A stretch of DNA of 50,535 nt, taken from assembly GCA_029547385.1 (NCBI GenBank), contig JAKPPK010000170.1, positions 1-50,535 on the forward strand. Reading direction: 5' to 3'. The notes beneath the pieces are model-generated. The model had not been told where the DNA came from, did not search any database, and was given only the letters and a program-made list of their open reading frames with translations. This document shows, one piece after another, positions 10,046 through 19,656 of this stretch. Origin of the DNA: Candidatus Latescibacterota bacterium (GTDB lineage: Bacteria > Latescibacterota > MWCZ01). Both the position numbers and the translations under genes were made by a program. Position 1 is the first letter of the stretch. Each line of letters begins with the position of its first letter.

Positions 10046-11121
10046 CACTCGATGCGCTGGTTCGGCAGACGCCGATGTGGCTTGATGCGTCAGGCGCGTA
10101 TGCGGACGTGATCGTGTCGAGCAGAGTGCGTCTCGCACGAAATCTGCGGCACATACCTTTCTCGTCCCAGAACAAAACCGCGGACGAGGAACGCGTGGTA
10201 GATGAAGTGCTTTCTGCCGCCCAGCACGTTCGCGACCTGAACCAGAGCACCTATTTTGACATGAAACAGCTCGAGGAACACGATCGCCAACTGCTGGTGG
10301 AACGGCATCTGATAAGCCCTGCACTGGCCCTCCGCGGAGGTAATGGCGGTGTGATGGTGGACCAGGACGAGCGCCTCAGCATCATGGTTAACGAAGAGGA
10401 CCACCTGAGGCTTCAGGCCCTTACGGCTGGATTTGAACCGCAGGCCGCCTGGCAGATGCTCGACAAGGTTGATACCGAGCTCTGCGGGAGGCTTGATATC
10501 GCGTATGATGCGGATCTGGGGTATCTCACCGCGTGTCCGACGAACGTGGGGACCGGGTTGCGCGCTTCGATTCTCATTCACCTGCCGGGGCTCGTGCTCG
10601 TGCAGACGGTCGATCAGGTCCTGAACGGCATCGCGCAAGTAGGGTTGACCGTTCGTGGCTTTTACGGGGAAGGAACCGAAGTTGTCGGCAGTCTGTTTCA
10701 AATATCAAATCAGATCACGCTGGGGAAATCGGAACACGAGATCCTCGAGACGCTGGAACGCGTCGTCAGGCAGATTATCGACTTTGAGTACAGCGCGCGA
10801 CAGACCCTGCTGCGGGATGCTCGCGCGCAGATAGAAGACAAGATATGGCGTTCCTGGGGCATCCTCGCGAACGCGCGGGTTCTGAGCGGTCAGGAATTCA
10901 TGAATCTCGCATCTGCCGTGAGACTGGGAGTAAGCACCGGGGTTCTCAAAGAACCGTCGCTGGTCCTTTTGAATGAATTGCTTGTGCGGGTACAGCCTTC
11001 CCATATCCAGCGCATGGCCGGAAGCAGACTCGACAGTGACCAGCGTGACCAGAACCGTGCCGAATATGTGCGAGAACGGTTCGCGAGCACGACGACTTCC
11101 AGCAGGCAAACACGAGATTGA
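10042..11121 (+). CDS. mcsB: Protein-arginine kinase (ATP:guanido phosphotransferase)
   Basis: Guanidino-kinase active-site signature CPTNVGTGLRAS. The 359-aa length and position between mcsA-like and clpC genes also fit. Confidence 0.9.
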   Translation: MTLDALVRQTPMWLDASGAYADVIVSSRVRLARNLRHIPFSSQNKTADEERVVDEVLSAAQHVRDLNQSTYFDMKQLEEHDRQLLVERHLISPALALRGGNGGVMVDQDERLSIMVNEEDHLRLQALTAGFEPQAAWQMLDKVDTELCGRLDIAYDADLGYLTACPTNVGTGLRASILIHLPGLVLVQTVDQVLNGIAQVGLTVRGFYGEGTEVVGSLFQISNQITLGKSEHEILETLERVVRQIIDFEYSARQTLLRDARAQIEDKIWRSWGILANARVLSGQEFMNLASAVRLGVSTGVLKEPSLVLLNELLVRVQPSHIQRMAGSRLDSDQRDQNRAEYVRERFASTTTSSRQTRD

Positions 11122-11169
11122 GAAACACTGAAAATCGATAACACCGGAATGGAAGGTGGAGGCAACGCA

Positions 11170-13683
11170 ATGGATCACCAGATGTTTACGGAGCGGGTGA
11201 AGAAGGTCATGGCGCTCGCCCGGGAGGAGTCCCAACGCCTGGGTCATGACTACGTGGGGACTGAGCACCTCCTCCTGGGACTTATCAAGGAAGGTGAAGG
11301 TCTGGCCATTGCCGCGCTGACGAGCCTGGGGCTGGACCCGGAGACTATAAAGCAGTCTGTTGAAGACGCGGTCGCCCAAACCGGCGGTCAGATGCTTATG
11401 GGACAGGCTCCGTTCACCCCCAAGGCCAAGGAAATTCTGGAAAGGGCAATGGCGGAAGCGAAGGAAATGAAAGTGCAGTATGTTGGCACTGAACACCTGC
11501 TGCTTGCCCTCGTCAAAGACCGGGAAAATGTCGCCGCACAGATTCTTTCCGCTCTGGGAGCGGACTACAAGACGATCAAGGAAGAGGTTATTGCTCTCAT
11601 TACCGGTGGAAGCAAGGCCGGACAGCCGAAGGAGAAGAAAAGCAAGACGCCTTTTCTGGATCATTTCGGGCGGGATTTGACCAAACTGGCACGTGAAAAT
11701 GCCCTCGATCCGGTCATAGGGCGCGAAAAAGAAATTGAACGGGTAAGTCAGGTTCTCAGCCGGAGGAAGAAGAATAATCCGGTCCTGATCGGTGAACCCG
11801 GTGTTGGAAAAACCGCGATCGCGGAGGGCCTCGCACAGAAAATTGTGGCGAAGGAAGTGCCGCACGTGCTGGAAAACAAACGGATTGTGACGCTGGATAT
11901 GGGTGGCATCGTTGCCGGAACGAAGTACCGCGGGCAGTTTGAAGAGCGCATCAAAGCGATCATGAACGAACTTGTCCAAAACCGTGAGGTCGTGATTTTC
12001 ATTGACGAGTTGCACACGATCGTCGGGGCAGGTTCGGCGGAAGGAACGCTTGACGCATCCAACCTGTTCAAACCGGCGCTTTCCCGGGGTGAGCTCCAGT
12101 GTATCGGCGCCACCACTCTGGACGAGTACCGCAAGCACATAGAAAAAGATGGCGCCCTTGAACGGCGTTTTCAGACGATCATGGTGGATCCTCCTTCGGT
12201 CGAAGACACGGTGAAGATTCTCAAGGGCCTCCGTCCGAAATACGAGGAACACCACCGCGTGAAATTCCCCGACGCTACGATTGAAGCCGCCGTGATGATG
12301 GCGGAGCGATATCTCCACGACCGATACCAGCCGGACAAATCGCTCGACGTTATCGACGAAGCAGGCTCCAGGGTGAGGCTGTCGAAGGTCAGTGTTCCAA
12401 ACGAAATCAAAGCGCTCGAAGCGCAGATCGCCGAGATCGAGACGAAGAAGGAATCGGCAGTTAACGAGCAGAATTTCGAAGAGGCTGCCAACCTGCGCGA
12501 CGAGGAAAAAGCACTGCGAGACAAACTGGCACTTGAACGCAGGAAATGGGAAGAAGCGCGCGAAAACGACGTCATAGAGGTGACAGAAGAAGACATTGCC
12601 TACGTTGTGAGCAGCATGACAGGTATTCCAGTTTTCCGGCTCGCGAAAAACGAATCCGAAAAACTCATGCACATGGAAGAGGAACTGGGCAAACGCGTCG
12701 TCGGGCAGCGGGAGGCAATTGCGGCAGTGTCTCGCGCAATTCGGCGTTCGCGCAGCGGACTGAAAGACCCTGATCGGCCGATCGGTTCGTTTGTGTTTCT
12801 CGGGCCAACGGGCGTGGGAAAGACTGAACTGGGGAAGGCATTGGCGGCGTACCTGTTCGAAGATGAAGACGCCGCGATCATCATCGACATGTCGGAGTTC
12901 ATGGAGAAGTTCGCGGTCAGCAGGCTGGTCGGTGCTCCTCCCGGTTATGTGGGGTACGAAGAAGGCGGTCAGCTCACCGAAAAGGTTCGCCGCAAGCCGT
13001 ATTCCGTCATTCTGCTGGATGAAATAGAAAAGGCCCACCCCGACGTGTTCAACATTCTGCTCCAGGTACTTGACGACGGGCGGCTTACGGACAGCTATGG
13101 CAGGAAAATAGACTTCCGCAACACAATCCTCATCATGACGTCGAACCTTGGCAGCCGGGATATCGGCAGCATGGGGACCTTCGGGTTCGGAAGCAAGGAC
13201 TCCCTTCCCTCACGTTCGGAGATGGAGTCGGCAATCAACCGGGAACTGAAGCGCGCGTTCAACCCCGAATTCCTCAACCGCCTCGACGAAGTGGTGATTT
13301 TCAATACCCTTTCCCATGACGATATGCTCACCATCGTTCACATTCTGATGTCGGACGTGAAGAAACGGGTAAAAGACCGCCATCTGGACCTGGAGATAAC
13401 CCCCGCCGCAACCGTGTTTCTCGCGGAAAAGGGGTACGATCCTGCCCTTGGCGCGCGTCCGTTGAAGCGAACGATTCAGAAATACCTCGAAGACCCGCTC
13501 TCGGAAGAGATATTGACGGGGAAATTCGACGGTGGTGGAACCGTGCTGATCGATCGGGACGGAGATCGCCTGGTCTTCTCGCTGAAGGATGTCTTGCCTG
13601 CGCCGGCGCAGAACCCGAACGAGCCGGGTATTGAGGATCACGGGACGGCGGACCCCCTTGTGGGAAACACGCAGACGCGGTGA
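11170..13683 (+). CDS. clpC: ATP-dependent Clp protease ATP-binding subunit ClpC
   Basis: Double Clp-N repeat ([10 protein letters not shown] and [10 protein letters not shown]), two AAA+ modules ([16 protein letters not shown]) and a UVR-like middle motif ([19 protein letters not shown]). ATG 11170 lies 7 nt after GGTGGAGG. Alternative starts are 11149 and 11182. Confidence 0.9.
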   Translation: MDHQMFTERVKKVMALAREESQRLGHDYVGTEHLLLGLIKEGEGLAIAALTSLGLDPETIKQSVEDAVAQTGGQMLMGQAPFTPKAKEILERAMAEAKEMKVQYVGTEHLLLALVKDRENVAAQILSALGADYKTIKEEVIALITGGSKAGQPKEKKSKTPFLDHFGRDLTKLARENALDPVIGREKEIERVSQVLSRRKKNNPVLIGEPGVGKTAIAEGLAQKIVAKEVPHVLENKRIVTLDMGGIVAGTKYRGQFEERIKAIMNELVQNREVVIFIDELHTIVGAGSAEGTLDASNLFKPALSRGELQCIGATTLDEYRKHIEKDGALERRFQTIMVDPPSVEDTVKILKGLRPKYEEHHRVKFPDATIEAAVMMAERYLHDRYQPDKSLDVIDEAGSRVRLSKVSVPNEIKALEAQIAEIETKKESAVNEQNFEEAANLRDEEKALRDKLALERRKWEEARENDVIEVTEEDIAYVVSSMTGIPVFRLAKNESEKLMHMEEELGKRVVGQREAIAAVSRAIRRSRSGLKDPDRPIGSFVFLGPTGVGKTELGKALAAYLFEDEDAAIIIDMSEFMEKFAVSRLVGAPPGYVGYEEGGQLTEKVRRKPYSVILLDEIEKAHPDVFNILLQVLDDGRLTDSYGRKIDFRNTILIMTSNLGSRDIGSMGTFGFGSKDSLPSRSEMESAINRELKRAFNPEFLNRLDEVVIFNTLSHDDMLTIVHILMSDVKKRVKDRHLDLEITPAATVFLAEKGYDPALGARPLKRTIQKYLEDPLSEEILTGKFDGGGTVLIDRDGDRLVFSLKDVLPAPAQNPNEPGIEDHGTADPLVGNTQTR

Positions 13684-13702
13684 CGCGCCGCACTTGGAGT
13701 AT

Positions 13703-13743
13703 GAGAAACGGGCGGACCCTGAAGGGCCCGCCCGTTCTCTTTT
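13703..13743 (+). terminator. Rho-independent terminator after clpC
   Basis: GC-rich hairpin: AACGGGCGG(a)CCC, loop TGAA, GGG(c)CCGCCCGTT, with 8 + 3 bp and further outer pairs. It is followed by a T run at 13740-13743, 20 nt after the clpC stop. Confidence 0.7.
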
Positions 13744-13880
13744 CCCCTCGGGGCTTGTGCAGTGGGGAATGCGCGGAGTATTGTTTCGGTTGTTCTTCGG
13801 GCGCTGGACGCGGCGTTTCTGGCGCAACATAGCCGATCGCAAGTGCCCCTGTGGGTCTCAGTCTCACCAAGGAGAAAACG

Positions 13881-14906
13881 ATGCCAAAGAAAGTGCGCGT
13901 GGCGATGATGAGCATGGCACACGCTCACGCCGATGGGTACGCGAGGCAGGTCGGGCAGATACCGGATGCCCAGTTGATGTGCATCTGGGATGATATGCCG
14001 GAGCGCGGCAAACCTATGGCCGAGAAGTACGGAGTGCCATTCTTCGGTAACGCGATGGAAGAGGTACTCGACCGCAAAGATGTGGATGCGATTGTCGTCA
14101 ACGCGCCTACTGCGCAGCACACGGAGATCTACCTGAAGGCAATTGAGCGTGGAAAACACGTGCTCACGGAAAAGGCATTGACGATCTCGACAAAAGAGGC
14201 CGATGTCGTCGTTGACGCGGTGAAGAAGCATCCCGGGATCAAGTTCACCGTAAGTTTGCCGAGCCGCACGCGCGGCGAGAACCTTTTGATCAAGGAACTG
14301 GTGGAGGATGGCGTTCTCGGTCGGATCACCATGATTCGGGGCCGGGTTGCGCACCAGGCTGCCATTGATAAGTGGTTCTCAGGCGGCCAGTTGTGGTTTG
14401 TTGACAAGAAAGCCGCGGGCGGGGGAGCCATGTTCGATCTCGGATGCCACACGACTGATATGATCCGATGGATCATGGGCCCACCCAGGTACGCCGTTGC
14501 GCAGATGAACAACTTCTCGCGCGTTTACAAGATCGACGACAACGGGGTTGCCGTTGTCGAATTCGCCAACCGCGGCCTGGGGATTCTCGACACGAGTTTC
14601 TGCCACAGGTCCGGCCCGAATCTTTTTGAAGTGTTCGGTACGGAAGGCTATGTGGGGCGCGGTTTCCCTGGAATGCCGCTGATGATCCAGAGCAGAAAGC
14701 TCAAAGGCGGGAACAAAATCGACGGCATGATCATTCCTTCGAAACTTCCGGAGAACAAACCAAGCATCATGGAAGCCTGGATTTCGGCGATTCTCAAGGA
14801 CACGCCCCTGATCACGACAGTCGAAGACGGGCGCAATCTGACGGAAATGCTCGAGGGATGTTATACCGCCTGGCGGACGGGGAAACGTTACACGTTTGCG
14901 AAATGA
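13881..14906 (+). CDS. Gfo/Idh/MocA family oxidoreductase
   Basis: ATG 13881 follows AAGGAGAA. It has an N-terminal Rossmann-type segment (VRVAMMSMAHAHADGYA) and a TEKAL motif at the position of the family EKP motif. The C-terminal alpha/beta domain has the typical length. Confidence 0.8.
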   Translation: MPKKVRVAMMSMAHAHADGYARQVGQIPDAQLMCIWDDMPERGKPMAEKYGVPFFGNAMEEVLDRKDVDAIVVNAPTAQHTEIYLKAIERGKHVLTEKALTISTKEADVVVDAVKKHPGIKFTVSLPSRTRGENLLIKELVEDGVLGRITMIRGRVAHQAAIDKWFSGGQLWFVDKKAAGGGAMFDLGCHTTDMIRWIMGPPRYAVAQMNNFSRVYKIDDNGVAVVEFANRGLGILDTSFCHRSGPNLFEVFGTEGYVGRGFPGMPLMIQSRKLKGGNKIDGMIIPSKLPENKPSIMEAWISAILKDTPLITTVEDGRNLTEMLEGCYTAWRTGKRYTFAK

Positions 14907-14942
14907 GGTGTTGGTTCTCAAAGTCCGGGAGAGGAAGCTCCT

Positions 14943-15545
14943 TCACGTCCCCTCCCGGATTCCCTTTCCTGTGAGCACGTTGCGGGTTGCCCGGTGGAGC
15001 CAGAACACAACCGCGCCGGCCCAGAGCCACGCCGCGAGGATTTCCATCGGCCAGCTTCTTTTCGCGATCAATGCCGACGCACCAGACAGGAGAACAACAA
15101 GAACGGCCCCTGTCAGCGCCGCCTTCCGCCATCGGGTCATTCTGCCCGTCCGCGCAACAACAAGAGCTACGCTTCCAGCCCAGGCTGAGGCGAGTAACAC
15201 GGCGCTTGAGGGCACGTCCGGTACCGATGCGCCTGTGCTGCTGAACATGATCCCTTTCAGGAGGCGATCCAGTACGGCGGCGCCTCCGAGGGCGGCCAAC
15301 GGAATCACGCTTTCCTTCGTCGGCAGGAACACGTAGAGCAGCAACGTCGTCAACGCGATCGCGGCAGAGGACACGAAATCATCCGACAGTGCGCCGCCGA
15401 CGAAAAGCCAGAACGGCGACTGCGCCGCGGAATGAACTATCCCTTCCGCCACCGACCGCTCCATTTCGCTCGGAGGCAAATTGACGGCCGCGGCAGTGAC
15501 GGCCGCCGCTATCACGGCGTACGGAAGCCAACTCGTCCACCTCAT
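14943..15545 (-). CDS. Integral membrane protein, function unknown (possibly a degenerate PAP2-like fold)
   Basis: ATGA overlap with the upstream M16 gene. It has about six hydrophobic segments. LDRLLKGIMF...VPDVPSSAV loosely recalls the PAP2 KxxxxxxRP/PSGH motifs, but without the catalytic His. Confidence 0.5.
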   Translation of the reverse strand: MRWTSWLPYAVIAAAVTAAAVNLPPSEMERSVAEGIVHSAAQSPFWLFVGGALSDDFVSSAAIALTTLLLYVFLPTKESVIPLAALGGAAVLDRLLKGIMFSSTGASVPDVPSSAVLLASAWAGSVALVVARTGRMTRWRKAALTGAVLVVLLSGASALIAKRSWPMEILAAWLWAGAVVFWLHRATRNVLTGKGIREGT

Positions 15546-16828
15546 CCGGGCACCTCGGGTCCTGACCCTGCCAGAATTGCCTGGTCGGGTTCAAAATACG
15601 CGCGAACTACCCTGTTTGTGTCCTCAGCCGTCACCGAGTTCACGAGGTCAGCAAATCGGTGGAGGTAATCCCAGCCGAGACGGTATATCTCGATCTCCGA
15701 CATGATGCTTGCCACTCCCTCGTTCGACTCCAGCTTCAAGGGAAGTGATCCAATGAGATGCGATTTGCAGTCCTCCAGTTCGTCTTGCGGAACGGGTATC
15801 TCCCGCAGCTTGGCGACTTCCTGTTCTATGGCCGACACAGCTTTTTTGTAATGTTCGGGTGCAACCCCCGCAACGCACACCCAAGGCCCGGCGCCCAGAC
15901 CAGCGTTGACGCGGCTCGCCGCGTAATACGCAAGGCCGAGTTCCTCTCGCACCTTTTGACCGAGCCGACCCATAAGTCCGAAACCACCGAGGATGAGATT
16001 CGCCACACTTGCCGGAACGAAATCAGGATGGTTTCGCGGGGGGCCTATCGTGCCCCAGGCCAGGTCGATCTGCACTTTACCGGGGATTACCGTGTACGTT
16101 TCCCGCCGCCCGTCACGACGCGTGCAATCCGGCAAGGGCGCGGGATTTGCAGTTCTCGCATTCGTGCTCCAGAGTGGCGCGAAGAGCTTTTCTACGTCGT
16201 CCTGTCGCAGATTGCCGACTACGCTGATGATTGCCGGTCGCCGCCGAACCAGGCTGTCGAAAAAGTGCTGCACATCGTCCCGCGTGAACCCGGCCACGGT
16301 TTCTCTCTCACCGTCGGCGGGGCGTGAATAGGGATGGTCTTGCGGATAGGCGAGTTTGCGAAACGCGAGGTCCGTAACTGATCTGGTGTCATTATCGCGT
16401 TCCTCAAGCTCCGTGAGGACCTCCCCTCGTACCTTCTCAATTTCCGCTGCGGGAAAGGACGGGCTGTGAAGGACCTCGGAAAGCAGCTCAACGATCATCT
16501 GGAGATCGTCTGAAAGGCACTTTGCGCCAAGTCGAATTGTGTGCAGGCCCGCCCCGACGCCCAACGAACCTCCAACGGATTCCACCAGTTCGAAAAGCTC
16601 CGCCGCGGACCGGCGCTGTGTGCCCCGTGTCAAACATTCGGCGGTGAACCGACACAATCCCGGGCGGTCCAGGGGGTCATCCACGGCGCCCGTAAGAATC
16701 GCGCCCTGAACCACCACCGCAGGGCTGGCGGGGTTCTCGCGGACGAGGAGGATGGCTCCATCCGGCAACACAGTCCGCGAAACGCTTTCGGAATCCGGGA
16801 AACCGGTCGACGCTGCAGAGGTACTCAC
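15542..16828 (-). CDS. M16 (pitrilysin) family peptidase, non-catalytic-type subunit
   Basis: Insulinase-like two-domain protein. The position of HxxEH reads RFTAE, so there is no zinc site. GTG 16828 forms a GTGA overlap with the upstream gene stop. The Arg-rich extension to 16903 is unlikely to be translated. Confidence 0.75.
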   Translation of the reverse strand: MSTSAASTGFPDSESVSRTVLPDGAILLVRENPASPAVVVQGAILTGAVDDPLDRPGLCRFTAECLTRGTQRRSAAELFELVESVGGSLGVGAGLHTIRLGAKCLSDDLQMIVELLSEVLHSPSFPAAEIEKVRGEVLTELEERDNDTRSVTDLAFRKLAYPQDHPYSRPADGERETVAGFTRDDVQHFFDSLVRRRPAIISVVGNLRQDDVEKLFAPLWSTNARTANPAPLPDCTRRDGRRETYTVIPGKVQIDLAWGTIGPPRNHPDFVPASVANLILGGFGLMGRLGQKVREELGLAYYAASRVNAGLGAGPWVCVAGVAPEHYKKAVSAIEQEVAKLREIPVPQDELEDCKSHLIGSLPLKLESNEGVASIMSEIEIYRLGWDYLHRFADLVNSVTAEDTNRVVRAYFEPDQAILAGSGPEVPG

Positions 16829-18156
16829 TGGATACCTTCTTCCGTTTCCGTTTCTTCGTCCGCGTCTTCCAGCTCGTCTTCGCCGCCGAGGGGTTGATAC
16901 CACCCGACAACGCGATTTCGTCTGGCAAACAAGCTTTCTGCGGCTGCTCTGACGTCTTCCGCCGTAACATCGCTGATGCGCTGCTCAAACTCGTCCAGAA
17001 ACTGCACAGGAAATACGGTGAATCCGAGAGTCAACACCATGGCGCGATGGGTGATACGCTCATTTGTGAAGGCGAACAGCGCGCGCAGCTGTTTGCGTGC
17101 TTTCGCCATTTCCGCAGCGTCCGGTGGTGAGGCCGCGATCGCTTCCAGCTCCCGCAGAATCGCTCCCTCCACCTCGCCGTGAGTCCTGCCGTCTCTCACA
17201 ACGGCCGTGATGTCAAAAAGGAACGGGTCGATACTTGCTTCCAGGTTGCAGTCGACATCGATTGCCAGTTCCTTTTCGACCAACGCGCGGTACAAGCGGG
17301 AACTGCGACTCTCAGCTCCGCTACCGAAGCCGAGGGAGATCGGGCTTCCAAGGATGGAGCCGAGAACAAGCGACGGCACAAAACGGGGATCAGTTGCTTT
17401 TGGCGCAAGAAACGCCATTTCGAGGTAGCCCGTCGCACCCGGGCCCTCAAGCAGAACGCGGCGCTCCGCGACCGGGGCTGGTTCAATGGCGCGAGGTGCA
17501 GGAGGCGTCGCACCGGGGGGAATTTCCGAGAAAAGCTCTTCGAGACGCCCTAGGAGAACCCGCGTTTCGAAATCTCCGACTACAACACACACGGCGTTGT
17601 TCGGAATGTAATACGTCCGAAAATACGCGAGCAGGTCCTCGCGCGAGAGATTTCGGATATCCTCGGCGATGCCGATCACCTCGTGCCCGTAGGGGTGCGC
17701 GTGAAATGCAGCAGCCGTAACCTGCTCGGCAAGTCGCCATTCCGGTTGGTTTTCATACGCATCGCGCTCCGCGAGTATGACAGAGCGTTCCGTTTCAAAA
17801 ACATCCGGAGCGAACAACGGACCTGAAAGACGGTCTGCCTCGATCTGCAGGACAATGTCCAACTTGGAGGACGGGATCGTCGTGTAGTATGCGGTGCAGT
17901 CTATCCATGTGAAGGCATTGGTGGTTCCTCCTTCGCGTGCGATCAAGCGATCACGCTCAATACCCGGGAATCGCTGGGAAGGTTTGAACAGCATATGCTC
18001 GATCCAATGAGATACCCCGGTCTGCCCGGGGAGCTCATTCCGGCTCCCCACGCGGTACCCCATCCAGAAACTGGTTACCGGCGCATGATGCCGCTCCTCC
18101 GTTACCACGGTCAGACCGTTCGTCAGCACAGACACTTGATACGGCGGGTTCGCCAT
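16825..18156 (-). CDS. M16 (pitrilysin) family zinc peptidase, catalytic-type subunit
   Basis: Inverted zinc motif HWIEH (HxxEH) within GVSHWIEHMLFKPS. The N-terminus LTNGLTVVTEE is typical of the family. Confidence 0.85.
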   Translation of the reverse strand: MANPPYQVSVLTNGLTVVTEERHHAPVTSFWMGYRVGSRNELPGQTGVSHWIEHMLFKPSQRFPGIERDRLIAREGGTTNAFTWIDCTAYYTTIPSSKLDIVLQIEADRLSGPLFAPDVFETERSVILAERDAYENQPEWRLAEQVTAAAFHAHPYGHEVIGIAEDIRNLSREDLLAYFRTYYIPNNAVCVVVGDFETRVLLGRLEELFSEIPPGATPPAPRAIEPAPVAERRVLLEGPGATGYLEMAFLAPKATDPRFVPSLVLGSILGSPISLGFGSGAESRSSRLYRALVEKELAIDVDCNLEASIDPFLFDITAVVRDGRTHGEVEGAILRELEAIAASPPDAAEMAKARKQLRALFAFTNERITHRAMVLTLGFTVFPVQFLDEFEQRISDVTAEDVRAAAESLFARRNRVVGWYQPLGGEDELEDADEETETEEGIQ

Positions 18157-18174
18157 TCGGTTCTCCGTTCCGCG

Positions 18175-18660
18175 TCAGGGACGAACGTGAGGGCCGAACA
18201 CGCGGCGCAGATAAATACGATTGCACGCGCGTCCCTGATCGAACCGCAGGTCCACGATGTCGAAATCCTCGGTGATACAGAGGGTCAACATCCCGCGATA
18301 CCGATTCAGCGTATTGATGTCAACGGAGCGGTACCCTCGCCTGCGTATCTCCTCCAGGGTGAAGCGGAAAAGCCCCCTCCCGATGCCTTTGCCGCGGATT
18401 TCGGGAAGGCCTCCCATGAGAGCGATGAAGAAGACGCCGGGCTCCTGTGCGTCATGACCCAGCACGTACGTGACGATTCTGCCGTCCAGCCTCGCTACGG
18501 TCAGCAAGGCTCCCGGTTTTTCCGTGAGAGTCTGCCTCCACGAGGCAGCGCCCTTTTGCAGGTCCTTCGCGCCGTCCCATTCGTAAAATGCGGCTTCGTG
18601 GACCTTCACCGCCTCATCAACCGCCTCGACACCCGCTATCTCGTATACCGGTTCGCTCAC
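18175..18660 (-). CDS. GNAT family N-acetyltransferase
   Basis: Acetyl-CoA binding motif RGKGIGRGLF. GTG 18660 is preceded by GGGGGA; the longer ATG 18750 start is possible. The gene lies 18 nt upstream of the M16 gene. Confidence 0.7.
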   Translation of the reverse strand: MSEPVYEIAGVEAVDEAVKVHEAAFYEWDGAKDLQKGAASWRQTLTEKPGALLTVARLDGRIVTYVLGHDAQEPGVFFIALMGGLPEIRGKGIGRGLFRFTLEEIRRRGYRSVDINTLNRYRGMLTLCITEDFDIVDLRFDQGRACNRIYLRRVFGPHVRP

Positions 18661-18824
18661 GTCTGTTTCCCCCGTCCGTTGTGTGGATAACGACTTGAGA
18701 AAAAATACGCTAACCCACCTGCGCCCCAAAGGGCGGCCTGTGCTTGACATGCGTAGGATGGATGGTGCACTCTTGATAACGTGGGTATAGATACTTCCCC
18801 GATTAGTCGGGGGTTCGCAGAACG

Positions 18825-19634
18825 ATGGACAAGGGACAAGAGCAGCTCATGTGCGATAACACGGATATCATGGAGTCGGTGAAGGAAATAGCCGAGGAGG
18901 CTGGCCGGATCGCGCTTTCGCAATTCGGCGCCAGCCGGCCTCACGTGAAAACTGATCGGAGCTTCGTCACTGCAACGGACCGGGAAGTGGAGCAGTTCAT
19001 ACACCGGAAACTTCACGAGCTCTTCCCGGACGACGCCATCATCGGGGAGGAATTCGGTGGGTCCCCTGGCACCATACGGGAATACGTCTGGTTACTGGAT
19101 CCCATAGACGGAACCACCAACTTTGTTGCGGGCTTGCCCCATTGGGCAGTCTGTGTTGCACGGCTGCGGTTTGGCGTTCCCGTGCTGGGAGTGGTCGTCC
19201 TCCCCGTCCTGCGCGAGACCTACGCCGCTGCAACGGGAATCGGCGCAACGTTGAACGGCTCCCCGTTCAAAATGCTCGAACGTGACGATCCTCCAAACGA
19301 ACAACTGATAGCCGTATGGTCAACGTGGTACCGGGAAGTGGACCTCAAGTTTTCGGGGAAGGTCCGAACTCTCGGGAGTACGGTCGTCAAGTGCCTTTAC
19401 GCCGCCAAAGGCAGTTTCGTTGGCGCTTTGACACCGGAGGTTCACGCATGGGATATCGCCGCCGGGCTTCCCGTCCTCTGGGAATCCGGTGGTCAGGCGT
19501 ACGCGAGGGATGGTAAGGTCTACGAGGTGATGGATCTCGATCCTGCGAACGGATACCTCGTTCCGCCGCTCATTCTCAGCGCCCCTTCGCGGAGGGATTT
19601 TATGCGGCAGATGATCACTGCCAGGCGAACGTGA
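18825..19634 (+). CDS. Inositol monophosphatase family protein (SuhB-like)
   Basis: Motifs WLLDPIDGTTNF and WDIAAG characteristic of the IMPase/FBPase superfamily. Confidence 0.8.
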   Translation: MDKGQEQLMCDNTDIMESVKEIAEEAGRIALSQFGASRPHVKTDRSFVTATDREVEQFIHRKLHELFPDDAIIGEEFGGSPGTIREYVWLLDPIDGTTNFVAGLPHWAVCVARLRFGVPVLGVVVLPVLRETYAAATGIGATLNGSPFKMLERDDPPNEQLIAVWSTWYREVDLKFSGKVRTLGSTVVKCLYAAKGSFVGALTPEVHAWDIAAGLPVLWESGGQAYARDGKVYEVMDLDPANGYLVPPLILSAPSRRDFMRQMITARRT

Positions 19635-19656
19635 TGCATCGGGTGGGACGATAGGA

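Noticed and set aside
10705-13038. A 777-aa ORF on the minus strand, entirely antisense to clpC.
   Set aside because: Its composition is dominated by Arg, Phe, Leu and His with no recognisable motifs. It mirrors the clpC reading frame, which itself has unambiguous AAA+ motifs. This is the typical shadow ORF of GC-rich DNA.
16829-16903. An Arg-rich N-terminal extension (MVSTPRRRRRAGRRGRRNGNGRRYP) of the second M16 peptidase.
   Set aside because: It overlaps the 3' end of the upstream M16 gene out of frame. A GTG at 16828 gives a clean GTGA stop-start overlap, so the extension is most likely not translated.
18682-18690. A perfect DnaA box (TTATCCACA on the minus strand) just upstream of the preferred GNAT start, in the GNAT/IMPase divergent region.
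   Set aside because: A single exact 9-mer in about 100 kb of two-strand sequence is not far from chance expectation. It is isolated and lies 18 kb from dnaA. It may be a DnaA-regulated promoter, but there is no supporting cluster.
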